Below, one piece after another: positions 27,880-38,077 of a stretch of 64,000 bases of DNA; the stretch's first letter is position 1; each line of letters begins with the position of its first letter. The stretch is from an uncultured Verrucomicrobiae bacterium (GTDB lineage Bacteria; Verrucomicrobiota; Verrucomicrobiia; Chthoniobacterales; JAFAMB01). The notes below the pieces were generated by a model. It was not told the DNA's origin, made no database searches, and saw nothing but the letters and a program-made list of their open reading frames with translations. The DNA is taken from NCBI GenBank assembly GCA_963762565.1, contig CAVXLD010000001.1, positions 736,001 to 800,000 on the forward strand, read 5' to 3'. The position numbers and the translations under genes are program-made.

Positions 27880-29583
27880 TCATCCCCCGGCGTCGAGACA
27901 AGACCGGATCTTTTGCAGTAGCTTTTCAGGCGCAAATGGTTTCTCTATGAAATTGGAAGCCTTTCGCAACAGCGCGTCGTTGCCCAAAACATCGTCGGGA
28001 TAGCCGCTACAAAAGATCACTCTTAAACCAGGTTTTTCGGACCGCATTTGATCGAACAAAGCACGTCCATTGACACCGCCAGGCATAACTAAATCAGTGA
28101 CGATCAGCTGAATCGATTCATGATGTTCCCGCCAAATTTCCAGAGCGGCTGCGCCCGACACAGCGGCATGGACGTGATAACCGTAATGAGCCAAAATACT
28201 CCCTATCGATCGGCGCACGGCTTCTTCGTCTTCAACTAACAAGATCGTTTCGGTGCCACGGAGAATAGACAGGTTTTGGACACGCCGAGCCGAAGAAGCG
28301 AGCTTATTTCTGGTCAATGTAGGCAGATACAAATGAAATGTCGTGCCTGCACCCAGGCGGCTATCCACTTCAACCCAACCTCGATGTTGTTCAACGATAT
28401 GCAGAACGCTAGCCAGGCCTAATCCGGTGCCTTTGCCAGGCTCTTTAGTAGTAAAAAATGGCTCAAAAATACGCGGTAAATTTTCAGCGGCGATCCCAGC
28501 TCCTGTATCGGATACGCTGAGACGCGCGTATTGACCGGGCCGGCCATTGCCTGAAAGCAAAACCTCCGGCTTATCAACCTGAACTCTGGAGGTCTCGATC
28601 GCGAGCCGGCCGCCATTGAGCATGGCGTCTCGGGCATTGACCGCGAGGTTGATCAGAGCCTGTTCTAACATACTGGCATCAGCGTCGACGGGAACGACCT
28701 CGTGCGGGTACCGGGTTTTCAAGACGATGTGTTCGCCGATGAGTCGTCTCAGCATTTGCACGACTGATGCGACAACTTCGTTGAGATCGAGCGGTTCGGT
28801 CTGTGTCAATCGGCGCCGACCGAAGGCCAGCAAGTGTTGAGTCAGGCTAGTAGCTCGGTCAGCAGCATCAGAAATTTCGTTGGTTATCGTTTTCCGCTCG
28901 GATTCCGAGAGTTTCTTGGTCTGTAGGAGCGATACGTTCCCTTTGATTGCAGTCAGAACATTGTTGAAGTCATGAGCAATGCCACCGGTCAATTGCCCGA
29001 AAGCTTCCATCTTTTGCGCTTGGCGGAGCCGTTCTTCGAGTTGCGCTTTTTCAATGGCAATGCCCGCAAGGTGGGTTGTACCTTTCACTAACCGCAGTTC
29101 AGCCCGGCTCGGGGAACGCACTTCCCGATAATACATAGCAAATGTGCCTAGCACCTTGCCCCGGCGAGAAAAGATCGGCGTGGACCAGCATGCCCTGAAC
29201 CCATAAGGCTCAACTAAGTACCGATAGTCAGCCCACAGTGGGTCGGTCTGGATATCGGCAACAATCACCTGCTTCTTCCGGTAAGCAGCGGTACCACAGG
29301 ACCCAGCTTTCGGGCCAATAGGGCTGCCATCGATCGCTCTCATATACTCCGTGGGCAAGCTCGGCCCAGCCAAATGGCGCAATCGCTTACCTTCCGGATC
29401 CAGAAGTAAAATAGAGGCCAGCAAGCCTTTGGACCGGAATTCGTTAAGCCGCATCAGCCGGTCCAGCACGTCTGAAAGCGGTGCGCCCAGGGCCATCATC
29501 TCCAGAATAGCATTTTCCCCGGTACGCAAACCTTTTGCGTCCTGGCGGACACGGGAACTAACTGGTCGTGACGTGCTTTTCAC
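27880..29583 (-). CDS. Hybrid sensor histidine kinase (GAF-HisKA-HATPase-REC)
   Basis: GAF (GSCGTAAY...ACWSTPI), H-box GGIAHDFNN, NLAVNARDA, DTGAG, FEPFFTTK..GKGTGLGL, receiver LLVEDE...TDLVMP...KPF. Confidence 0.95.
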   Translation of the reverse strand: MKSTSRPVSSRVRQDAKGLRTGENAILEMMALGAPLSDVLDRLMRLNEFRSKGLLASILLLDPEGKRLRHLAGPSLPTEYMRAIDGSPIGPKAGSCGTAAYRKKQVIVADIQTDPLWADYRYLVEPYGFRACWSTPIFSRRGKVLGTFAMYYREVRSPSRAELRLVKGTTHLAGIAIEKAQLEERLRQAQKMEAFGQLTGGIAHDFNNVLTAIKGNVSLLQTKKLSESERKTITNEISDAADRATSLTQHLLAFGRRRLTQTEPLDLNEVVASVVQMLRRLIGEHIVLKTRYPHEVVPVDADASMLEQALINLAVNARDAMLNGGRLAIETSRVQVDKPEVLLSGNGRPGQYARLSVSDTGAGIAAENLPRIFEPFFTTKEPGKGTGLGLASVLHIVEQHRGWVEVDSRLGAGTTFHLYLPTLTRNKLASSARRVQNLSILRGTETILLVEDEEAVRRSIGSILAHYGYHVHAAVSGAAALEIWREHHESIQLIVTDLVMPGGVNGRALFDQMRSEKPGLRVIFCSGYPDDVLGNDALLRKASNFIEKPFAPEKLLQKIRSCLDAGG

Positions 29584-29909
29584 TGGCAGAATGCGACCCC
29601 AATAACTAACCCTATGAGAAACTTGGCTCTTTAGCCAGCTGCTTTCCGAACGGGCTCACACCGCTTCTTCTAGCCTAAGGCCTGTTTATCCGGTATTCAG
29701 CAGGCGGCGTTAATGAATTTAAGCTCTTTTCTTCAGCGATTACCGGCCGCACGCATTCTCCGCAAGACCAAGATGGCTCAGTAGCAGGTGGGTGCAAAGG
29801 ATCGGTTTAGACAATTGATTCGGCCCTACGGCAGGGTGCTCGACTTCCGGTTAAATACAGAAGCGGCACCGTCTTTGCGTCATTCCAACTAAAAGGAGAG
29901 GTAGAAACG

Positions 29910-30095
29910 TTGCAGTTTTGGATTCATGAGTATCAACTGGTTGAGACTAAGAAGGGTGAAACCTTTATCGTCGTAAACGGCAAAGATATCGAGACGTCCC
30001 GGGAATGGTTAACCAAGTTAATTGGCGATCAGCTTGGCCGGCAGAAGGTCCTAATCCCCGAACAATTTAGCTGGCTGAGTCGATTGCTTCGATGA
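29910..30095 (+). CDS. Small hypothetical protein (61 aa)
   Basis: Strong AAGGAGAGG RBS before the TTG start and protein-like composition. Confidence 0.5.
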   Translation: MQFWIHEYQLVETKKGETFIVVNGKDIETSREWLTKLIGDQLGRQKVLIPEQFSWLSRLLR

Positions 30096-30352
30096 GGAGC
30101 TAGGAGCTAGAATCCAGGAGTCAGGAGGATTCTTGGGACTGCCGCACGCTGAGACAAAAGTATGCCAGGGCCATGAGACGTGATTGGTGATTTGTGATTA
30201 GTGATTGGTGCGAGACACCGATCCTGGCGGAGGCCCCGCCAATCACCAATCACCTTTCACCAATCACCAATCACCTTTCACGCTCCCCGGACTAACCACG
30301 CCTCCACACATGCCACACCCCACGCCCTCCTGGCTCCTAGCGCCTGTTCCTT
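30096..30352. repeat. Nested heptamer cassettes: GGAGCTA-type outer, GTGATTG/CCAATCA inner
   Basis: Outer 30096-30128 / 30326-30352 (degenerate). Inner 30180-30210 / 30239-30281. Confidence 0.75.
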
Positions 30353-30386
30353 GACACCTTATCCGGCCTGCGGACTATAAGCCAAC

Positions 30387-31124
30387 ATGACGGCTAGCAT
30401 CGCTGCTCCGATCGGAGCCGACTTGGGTTTGGACCAGCCAGTAGCTAGAAATCGAGCGCGCGTCAGACGGACTAGTGCGACGAAGCAAAAGCGAGCGAAA
30501 ACGGGATCAAGAAGCGGCACCCGAGAACGGGCTACTCCCCGCACGTCCGAAATTCTTCGCCGATTATTAGAGGACGACTCACGCGGCTCGCTTACGATCG
30601 AAGAAATAGTCCCCGGTTGTCGTTCGGCAACCCAAAACTAGCTCTTTCGCGGTTTGTTGATGGCCCCGGCAATCCCGCATTCGGCGGCCAACCTCTTTAG
30701 TGAACGGGGACCACGGTCGCTACCGGCCTCTTTGATGATATTTACCATTCCGGGGGGGGTACCCATTCCGCTCCCCGTACTTTCCACAGCGGTGGTCATT
30801 CCTACCGAGATCATTTCCTACCAAATGTTTCAGGGTAAGGAAGAAATCAGTTTACCGAGGTGTATACTGGATCGGTCAGTCCCGCGATCAGCATTTAGCG
30901 CTTGCGTAACCACGATTCTGCCTTTCTTGGAAAAGGCGGAAGGAAAAGTCCGGCCGCGCTGGCGCTGGGCGTCCAGTCGAGCCGCGACAATCTACTTTCA
31001 TACGGCGGCCTTGTTTTCCGTCGCGATGACAACTCTCGGCACCATCTTCTGCTATTCGCGCGCATCCAGCCTCTTAAAAGAATCGACCCCGGAATCCGAT
31101 GTCATTCCGGAGCCGACGAATTGA
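30387..31124 (+). pseudogene. ExoD-family (exopolysaccharide synthesis) pseudogene
   Basis: RTSEILRRLLE...LTIEEIV, then SLMIFTIP..PIPLP.LST...ISYQM...LPRCILDRSV...LPFLEKAE..VRPRW in the same frame. In-frame TAG at 30639 inside about 100 bp of extra sequence. The C-terminal TM region is degraded. Confidence 0.7.
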
Positions 31125-31134
31125 AAAGCACAGA

Positions 31135-31164
31135 CGCCCTCGCAAGCGAGGCAGCGCTCCAAGA
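31135..31164. repeat. Single REP-like arm (TGGAGCGCTGCCTCGCTTGCGAGG family)
   Basis: Reverse complement matches the arm at about 51765-51790. Confidence 0.6.
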
Positions 31165-31225
31165 TTCCCGAAACATCCACAGACCCGCTGGCAATCTGCG
31201 GATGTCTACCAAGCGGAGTTTGGGT

Positions 31226-31414
31226 TTAGCTCTGACCGCCGCCCTGGTCACCGGTGTTGAACGCTTGGGCATGCCCCTCTTTTACGACATACACTCGTTC
31301 CACGGTGCCGCCGAAGGTGCCGACGGGGATTCGGATCAGTTTGAAGCCCTCGATTTCATGGTTCGAGTCAATTGCGGTTGAGTACCTACCTAGATCGATT
31401 AGTTCTTGGTTCAT
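31226..31414 (-). CDS. Small hypothetical protein divergent from the LysR regulator
   Basis: 62-aa ORF MNQELIDLGRY... Position is typical of a LysR target. No family recognised. Confidence 0.4.
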   Translation of the reverse strand: MNQELIDLGRYSTAIDSNHEIEGFKLIRIPVGTFGGTVERVYVVKEGHAQAFNTGDQGGGQS

Positions 31415-31543
31415 ATTGTTGGGTTTTTGCGAGTGCCGTACGTGACGACTCTCTGGAGTTGAGATTTTTGAGACTCGACTCAATAACCGCTCATTTGATA
31501 GGAGGGAAATATATGTTTACTATCCTTAGGATAGGAACTGCCT

Positions 31544-32458
31544 ATGGAGATGCACCAGCTACGTTATTTTGTGGCCGTGGCTCGTTCCGGTAATTTCAGC
31601 CGAGCGGCCGGCGAATGCAGAGTCGCCCAACCATCGCTTAGCCAACAGATCCTCAAGCTCGAAGATGAGGTGGGGGAACGGCTTTTTGAGCGAACCCGCC
31701 GCCGCGCAATCCTCACAACAGCCGGGACGCTCTTTTTGCCGCATGCGCTGAATATTCTGGAAGCAGCGGAAAGAGGGCGGCAAGAGATCCAGGACATGGG
31801 CGGTCACCTTCGAGGCAAGATCCTGCTCGGGGCGCTTCCGACAATTGCTCCTTATTTTCTGCCCAAAATCATTCGTCTCTTTGGGGAGAAACATCCAGGA
31901 GCCGAGTTAATCCTTCATGAACAGACCACCGGACAGCTGGTGCGCAATCTGGAAGAGAACGAAATCGATCTCGCCCTGATCAGTGATGTGGCCAACAACG
32001 CGCACATCCAAACCGAACCGCTCTTTAGCGAAGAACTTCTTCTCTGCCTGCCGATTGATCATCCACTGGTCCACCAAAAGGCGGTGGTGGCCGCGGATCT
32101 GCGCCAAGAGAAATTCATTCTGATGCATGACAGCCACTGTTTGGGAGCGCAGGCGCAGCAGTTCTGCCAATCGAAAGGTTTCAAGCCCCAGATTAGTTGC
32201 CGAAGCGCCCAAGTTGGGACGGTTCTGGCAATGGTCAAAGCTGGATTGGGCATCTCGTTAATACCCGAGATGGCCCGGGAACACGGAGCTGAGGAAGGAA
32301 TTGTCTACCGCTCGTTGGATGGTGTCCGGCCGAAACGAGTGATAGCGCTGGCGCTGTCCAGCCAGCGAAAACCTTCCCGTGGCACTAGTGAGCTTTCGCA
32401 GTTCATTCGGAATTCTTGCGAGCCAAGGCCACGGAAAAAGGATGGAGCTCGGCGGTAA
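31544..32458 (+). CDS. LysR family regulator (OxyR-like sequence)
   Basis: MEMHQLRYFVAVA..GNFSRAA..C.VAQPSLSQQI, GALPTIAPY.LP, HCLG..Q..C. Confidence 0.92.
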   Translation: MEMHQLRYFVAVARSGNFSRAAGECRVAQPSLSQQILKLEDEVGERLFERTRRRAILTTAGTLFLPHALNILEAAERGRQEIQDMGGHLRGKILLGALPTIAPYFLPKIIRLFGEKHPGAELILHEQTTGQLVRNLEENEIDLALISDVANNAHIQTEPLFSEELLLCLPIDHPLVHQKAVVAADLRQEKFILMHDSHCLGAQAQQFCQSKGFKPQISCRSAQVGTVLAMVKAGLGISLIPEMAREHGAEEGIVYRSLDGVRPKRVIALALSSQRKPSRGTSELSQFIRNSCEPRPRKKDGARR

Positions 32459-32792
32459 ACAAGCCGGCAGCCACCGCGGGGTCTTCTTTAACAAATTCTG
32501 ACGCCGCCTCCTGATCTTTCGCCTCGAAGACCAGGATACCGAAAGTCTTGTCCAGAGATTCAGCCGTACGGCCTGCCAGAATCAGCTGACCACGATCAGC
32601 CGCTTCCTTAAGCCGAGCGAAATGTTTGTCTACGACCGCGCTATCATCTTTGGTCCAGGCGTTCTCGTCATATAAGCGAGGGATCGGATGTAAAACGCAG
32701 ATAAATTGAGAGAGCTTAGCAGGGGTTTGATTTTGACCGAATGAACAACCGGCCCCGACAGATAGCAGCAGGATCATCAGAAAGCGGTTCAT
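32403..32792 (-). CDS. YciI-like protein with signal peptide
   Basis: HFARLK...GQLILAGRT...FGILVFEA...DPAV..G...AELHPF. Confidence 0.8.
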   Translation of the reverse strand: MNRFLMILLLSVGAGCSFGQNQTPAKLSQFICVLHPIPRLYDENAWTKDDSAVVDKHFARLKEAADRGQLILAGRTAESLDKTFGILVFEAKDQEAASEFVKEDPAVAAGLFTAELHPFSVALARKNSE

Positions 32793-32976
32793 AGGGCGAC
32801 GGTAGAGATTTCGGGTAGAAGCGGCAACGCGATTCGCAGGAGGATAGCTGCCTAGGTTTGGATGAGTATAAATAGGTGTTTGGATGACGGGCATCAATGA
32901 TCAAGGACGACCTCAATAATAATATATCATTTTACTTGCATGTTATTACAACTGATATATAGTGTGTTTTAATAAT

Positions 32977-34920
32977 GTGAACTCCGTCGATTCTTCCATC
33001 CTGGCCACACTTAAGAACGTCTTCGGCTTCGACCAATTTCGAGACGGACAAGCCAAGATCATCACGAAAATTCTGGAAGGAAAATCCGCGTTAGCGGTCT
33101 TCCCTACCGGCAGCGGTAAGAGCCTCTGCTACCAACTCAGCGCGCTGCATTTACCAGGTTTGACTCTCGTCATTTCGCCGCTCATCGCTTTGATGAAAGA
33201 TCAAATCGACTTTTTGAAAGCCCGAAATATTCCGGCAGCTAGATTGGATTCCACGGTCGATCTAGAGGAAATCCGGCGGACAGACGCGGCTTTACGAGCC
33301 GGACGTTTGAAGCTGCTCTATGTGGCGCCGGAACGTTTCTCAAACGAGCGGTTCATTCAGAAATTACGGCAACTCCAAATTTCTCTGGTGGTCATCGACG
33401 AAGCCCATTGCATCTCTGAATGGGGCCATAATTTTCGCCCGGAATACCTAAAGCTGGCTCAAGCCGCAAATAACCTCGGCATCAGCCGGGTGCTGGCGCT
33501 CACTGCGACGGCAACGCCCGCGGTAGCCGATGATATCTGTCGAGGGTTTAAGATCGACGGCGACGCTTTCGTACACACCGGATTTTACCGGCCGAATTTG
33601 ACGCTCCGAGTCACTTTTTGCGCCAACGGCGGCAAGACCGATATTTTATTGGACCGTTTAAAAGATCGTCCATCGGGCCCCGTGATCGTTTATGTCACCT
33701 TACAGCGAACCGCCGAGATGGTGGCCGGCTCTCTGAGCAAAAGAGGCTTCCCGGCTCGCCATTATCATGCCGGATTGAGCGGAGATGAACGGGCTCAAGT
33801 ACAGGATTGGTTTATGAAATCGTCCAACGCGATCGTCGTGGCGACGATCGCGTTCGGCATGGGGATCGATAAATCCAATATCCGCTATGTCTACCATTAT
33901 AACCTGCCGAAAAGCCTAGAGAACTACTCGCAAGAAATCGGCCGGGCTGGGCGTGACGGCCAGGAGTCGACCTGCGAAATGTTAGCCTCAGTCGATGATG
34001 TGACGGTGTTGGAAAATTTTACTTATGGCGACACTCCCGATAAAGGGAGCATTGGCGCCATCATCGATTGGGTTCTGGCCAAGGAGAACCAGTTCGATGT
34101 TTCCGTATACGAGTTGTCCCGGACCTACGATGTGCGACCCCTGGTGATCGAGACCTTGCTCACTTATCTGGAGCTAGAGGATGTGGTCGAAGCCACTGAG
34201 CCATTCTATAACGAGTACCAATTTGTGCTCCTTAAATCGGCGAAAGAGATCTTGGGCCGGTTTGATGCGGAGCGAGCAAACTTCGTTCGCGGCATTTTTG
34301 CCAACGCTACTAAGCACAGCAAGTGGTCTTCGATCGACATTGATGAGACAGAAGGGCGGCTCTCGACGAACCGGGCGCGTATCCTCAAGGCGCTCATGTA
34401 TCTCGAAGAGCGTGGCGACCTGCAGCTAAAGGTGGCAGGGCTCCGGCAAGGTTACCGCCGAAAACCGTGGCTTTCGGACCCGACGGAACTGAAAGGTAAA
34501 ATGGCGGAGCGCTTCGAGGTCAGGGAGAAAAACGACGTGAAGCGGGTCCGACAGGTGGGTCAGCTGGCAGAACATGCCGGATGCATTGTACGCTATCTCC
34601 TGCAGTATTTCGGTGAAGAGCTCGGGCGGGATTGCGGACATTGCGAAAGTTGTCTCGGTAGTTCCCAAAGAACGTTTCTGACCCAACGGACTAAGAACGT
34701 CCCCGCGCTCGATCATCAGTTCAGCGTCCTACGGCACAACTATCTCGACGCGCTTTCTTCTCCGAGGCAAATCGCCCGTTTCCTTTGCGGGCTGAACTCG
34801 CCTCTGCTAACACAAACGAAGTTAAATCGACATGCAGACTTTGGGGCGCTGGCGGAAATCCCGTTCCAGAACGTGATACAGGCCGCGGAGGAGTTGGTGC
34901 TGAACGGGAAGACCGCTTAA
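32977..34920 (+). CDS. recQ: RecQ family ATP-dependent DNA helicase
   Basis: PTGSGKSLCYQ, DEAHCISEWGHNFRP, ATIAFGMGIDK, QEIGRAGRDG, Zn-binding Cys cluster. No obvious HRDC domain. Confidence 0.93.
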   Translation: MNSVDSSILATLKNVFGFDQFRDGQAKIITKILEGKSALAVFPTGSGKSLCYQLSALHLPGLTLVISPLIALMKDQIDFLKARNIPAARLDSTVDLEEIRRTDAALRAGRLKLLYVAPERFSNERFIQKLRQLQISLVVIDEAHCISEWGHNFRPEYLKLAQAANNLGISRVLALTATATPAVADDICRGFKIDGDAFVHTGFYRPNLTLRVTFCANGGKTDILLDRLKDRPSGPVIVYVTLQRTAEMVAGSLSKRGFPARHYHAGLSGDERAQVQDWFMKSSNAIVVATIAFGMGIDKSNIRYVYHYNLPKSLENYSQEIGRAGRDGQESTCEMLASVDDVTVLENFTYGDTPDKGSIGAIIDWVLAKENQFDVSVYELSRTYDVRPLVIETLLTYLELEDVVEATEPFYNEYQFVLLKSAKEILGRFDAERANFVRGIFANATKHSKWSSIDIDETEGRLSTNRARILKALMYLEERGDLQLKVAGLRQGYRRKPWLSDPTELKGKMAERFEVREKNDVKRVRQVGQLAEHAGCIVRYLLQYFGEELGRDCGHCESCLGSSQRTFLTQRTKNVPALDHQFSVLRHNYLDALSSPRQIARFLCGLNSPLLTQTKLNRHADFGALAEIPFQNVIQAAEELVLNGKTA

Positions 34921-34943
34921 TGGGATCTCGCGCGGCAGGAACT

Positions 34944-35121
34944 GGGAGGGATCGCTGCCTGTCCGACATAGCCTTCTCTTCCTGGTTTCTTTTCTCCCAG
35001 AGTTGGCGACGTCGGATCCTCGCGATCCGTTGTTCGCAGAGCCCCGTGCAGACCAGATAGAGTGTTTGCATATGCCGACGACACAGACCTGTTCGCGGCG
35101 CGCGAGGACACGCGCCTCCCC
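34944..35121. repeat. Tripartite REP-like element (GGGAGGGATCGCTGCCT family)
   Basis: Inverted copy of 37257-37432 (shared GCTGCCTGTCCGACATAGCC and GGCGACGTCGGATCC blocks). Confidence 0.75.
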
Positions 35122-35249
35122 GGGGCTCCGCTCGACCGGATTCGAGGACGGGGACGAGAACGAAGCGCCCGGCTAGCGAGGCTCTCCACCGGTTCCTACT
35201 TGAAAAAAACGACAAACCAGTAGAATACAGGTCGAAATTTTTGCTTCGT

Positions 35250-35951
35250 ATGACAAAACCCCGCCTCCGTGCCCTCTTCCTGGGAGCTGCCTCCGGTATA
35301 GCCCTTTTGACCGGCTGCACCACAACCGAAACGACCTCAACCAGCGGTACGTTCCCAGGCAACTATACAGTCGTAGCCTACAAACCGAAGGACCCCAGTG
35401 CGGTCCGGGTTAAAGTGTCGCTCGAAAACGCGATGATTTACGTGATGGAGGGTGACCGTCCGTTACTGGTGACGCCCTGCACGGTTGGCGTTCCGGGTAA
35501 ATCAACTCCGACCGGCACCTACCACGTGCTCGACAAGGAAAAGGACAAACGCTCCGCTTCATACGGGTTCTGGGTCAAAGGCGGTGAAATTATCGTTGGA
35601 GAAAGCACCAGGGCGCCAGGGAGTGGATATCACTACGTTGGCTATCCGATGCCATACTGGGTCGAGTTTAAACCGGAATACGGATTTCACGCCGGAGCCG
35701 TTTGGCCAGTCCCGCGTAGCCACGGCTGCATTCACGTACACCCGAACGTCGCACCAAAGTTTTTCGCCCTGGTCCATAGCGGCACGCCGGTCACGATTTC
35801 CAGATCCCTTCCGGAGGATGCAACCATTGGAAAGAACGTCGGGCGACCGAGAGACTATACCTGGAAAGACCCGGCAGCCTCACTGCTGATCTCAGGTCCT
35901 TCAAGTCACGCGTTCACCGGGCCGCAAGAGCCAGCTTTGGCGAATCAGTAA
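35250..35951 (+). CDS. L,D-transpeptidase family lipoprotein (YkuD domain)
   Basis: Lipobox LTGC, TPTGTY, MPYWVEF, GFHAG...SHGCIH. Confidence 0.9.
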   Translation: MTKPRLRALFLGAASGIALLTGCTTTETTSTSGTFPGNYTVVAYKPKDPSAVRVKVSLENAMIYVMEGDRPLLVTPCTVGVPGKSTPTGTYHVLDKEKDKRSASYGFWVKGGEIIVGESTRAPGSGYHYVGYPMPYWVEFKPEYGFHAGAVWPVPRSHGCIHVHPNVAPKFFALVHSGTPVTISRSLPEDATIGKNVGRPRDYTWKDPAASLLISGPSSHAFTGPQEPALANQ

Positions 35952-36000
35952 CCACTTTTTTAGTAGCTGCGAACCGGCATAGCCGGGTTTAGCCTTATCA

Positions 36001-37248
36001 ATGTCCGCACCCGAAAGTACTGCTCCCGCCAAAGCAAGGAAGATCAACCTGCGTACGCCAGATGTAATGGCGAAAGTGCAGGAGCAGGTAGAGTCCCATT
36101 ATCGTAGTACGATTGTTGAGAAGATCCGAGCTAACGGCGGGATCCTTCGCGTGCAGGACACAACCGTCTTCTTGGCGAAGCAATTCGGCTTCTGCTACGG
36201 GGTGGAACGGGCTATCGACTTAGCTTATGCCGCGCGCAAGGTCTTTAAAGACAAGCGTTTATTCATTCTCGGCGAGATTATTCATAATCCGCTGGTGAAC
36301 GACCAGATCGCGACGATGGGGATTAAGAACCTTATCGGTAAGAACCGCGAAGCGAAGATCGAGGATTTGACGGCTGACGACGTCGTCATCGTTCCGGCCT
36401 TTGGCACTGATCTGGAAACCTTACGGCAAATTAACGAGCGCGGTTGTCAAATTGTGGACACAACCTGCGGCGATGTAATGAGCGTCTGGAAGCGAGTGAG
36501 ACAAAACGCTACCGAGAACGTTACTTCCATTATTCATGGGAAAGCCGAACACGAAGAGACGAAAGCGACGGCATCCCGTGCGCTCGGTCTGGGTCATGGC
36601 CATTATCTCGTAGTCTTGACCTTAGCTGACACCGATTACGTCTGTGACTACATCCGCCACGGCGGGGACAAAAATACTTTACTCGAACGGTTTGAAGACG
36701 CGTGCTCGCCCGGGTTTGATCCCGATATCCATCTGAAAGCGGTGGGCGTCGCCAACCAAACGACGATGTTGCGGGGCGAAACCGAAGAAGTCCAAAGACG
36801 AGTTCGAGCAGCCATCATTGATCGAGACGGACCAGAGAAGGGAGCCCAGAACTTTCGTTTCTTCGACACCATTTGCGGAGCCACACAGGAACGGCAAGAT
36901 GCGCTGCGAGTGCTCATGAAGGAGAAGATGGACCTGCTCTTGGTTGTTGGCGGTTACAATAGTTCGAACACTTCCCACCTGGCGGAGATGGGAGAAGCCG
37001 AGTTGCCGACTTATTTCATTCGCGGGGCGAACAAGCTCGAGAGCACCAATCGGATTACCCACTTCAATCTGCACAGAAAGGCCGAAACCACGACGGACGA
37101 TTGGCTTCCGACTGGGCCAGCCGTTATTGGAATCACCGCCGGCGCCTCCTGTCCCAATAACCTCATCGAAGAGACTATTTTGCGTGTTTACCAGCTACGC
37201 GGGGTGGCAGCTGAGGAAATTTTGGGGACTAATCTGGAAGTCGAGTAG
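36001..37248 (+). CDS. ispH: 4-hydroxy-3-methylbut-2-enyl diphosphate reductase
   Basis: FGFCYGVERA, GEIIHN, DTTC, HEE, QTT, DTICGATQERQ, GGYNSSNT, GITAGAS. Confidence 0.96.
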   Translation: MSAPESTAPAKARKINLRTPDVMAKVQEQVESHYRSTIVEKIRANGGILRVQDTTVFLAKQFGFCYGVERAIDLAYAARKVFKDKRLFILGEIIHNPLVNDQIATMGIKNLIGKNREAKIEDLTADDVVIVPAFGTDLETLRQINERGCQIVDTTCGDVMSVWKRVRQNATENVTSIIHGKAEHEETKATASRALGLGHGHYLVVLTLADTDYVCDYIRHGGDKNTLLERFEDACSPGFDPDIHLKAVGVANQTTMLRGETEEVQRRVRAAIIDRDGPEKGAQNFRFFDTICGATQERQDALRVLMKEKMDLLLVVGGYNSSNTSHLAEMGEAELPTYFIRGANKLESTNRITHFNLHRKAETTTDDWLPTGPAVIGITAGASCPNNLIEETILRVYQLRGVAAEEILGTNLEVE

Positions 37249-37256
37249 CGTCCGTC

Positions 37257-37432
37257 GGGAGGGATCGCTGCCTCGCGATCCGTTCGAAGCCGAGGACGGG
37301 TTGTGATCGCATGAAAATACACCTTTGGGGTTGTGGCACGTTCTCGCAGCGCGCGGGGATCCGACGTCGCCACGCTCGGTGAAAAATCGATTGGATGCGT
37401 CAGGCTATGTCGGACAGGCAGCGCGCCCTCCC
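37257..37432. repeat. Tripartite REP-like element (inverted relative to the copy at 34944)
   Basis: GGGAGGGATCGCTGCCTCGCGATCCG ... GGCTATGTCGGACAGGCAGCGCGCCCTCCC. Confidence 0.75.
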
Positions 37433-37636
37433 CGATTTGCACCTTGCGATGCCGCGGGGTCGATTCACGCAACCGCGACGGACAGACAGAGCGCATACCC
37501 GGTTCGAGTTACCCAAGCCTGAGGCCTGGGCTAATCTCGGTAACCCGCCGCGGCGGGTAGACCCATCGGAGACCAGCCTCAACCCTCCCCGCTTTTCGTC
37601 TGTTCTTCAGCCACCGACAACGGTTAATTTTCGTAC

Positions 37637-38077
37637 GTGTCCGAGCGTTTTCTGATCGTCGACGGCCATAGTATTATTTTTGCCTGGCCGGAGTTGCTTG
37701 CGTTGCATCAACGCAATACGGCGGGAGCGCGCGACAGCTTAGTGAGGACGTTGACCGCTTATCAGGACGTATCAGGGACTCACGTGGTGGTAGTTTTTGA
37801 TGGTAAAGGCGCCATGGTTAACAAAATCGAGGAACCGGGCGGAATTCAGATCTTTTATTCGAACGCCGGTCGTACAGCCGATGAGATCGTCGAGCGTTTG
37901 GTCGCTAAGTACGGCAAAAAGTTTTCGATGACGGTAGCAACGGCCGATTTGCTAGAGCAGCAAACGGTGACCTCTTTCGGAGCTCAACCAATTGGATCTG
38001 AGGGACTACGTCGAATGATTCAGGATGCTCAAGTGGAGTTCGCAGCGGAGCTGAAGCGGCGACGACGCAGGAGCTAG
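37637..38077 (+). CDS. NYN-domain protein (YacP/Rae1-like)
   Basis: LIVDGHSII, VVVVFDG, TADEIVERL, VATAD..EQ. Confidence 0.88.
   Translation: MSERFLIVDGHSIIFAWPELLALHQRNTAGARDSLVRTLTAYQDVSGTHVVVVFDGKGAMVNKIEEPGGIQIFYSNAGRTADEIVERLVAKYGKKFSMTVATADLLEQQTVTSFGAQPIGSEGLRRMIQDAQVEFAAELKRRRRRS

Noticed and set aside
29770..29875. Possible tRNA/tmRNA-like or riboswitch sequence with a GGTGC...GCACC hairpin
   Set aside because: No cloverleaf, no proper T-loop or CCA end, and no recognisable aptamer consensus. A single hairpin is not enough evidence.
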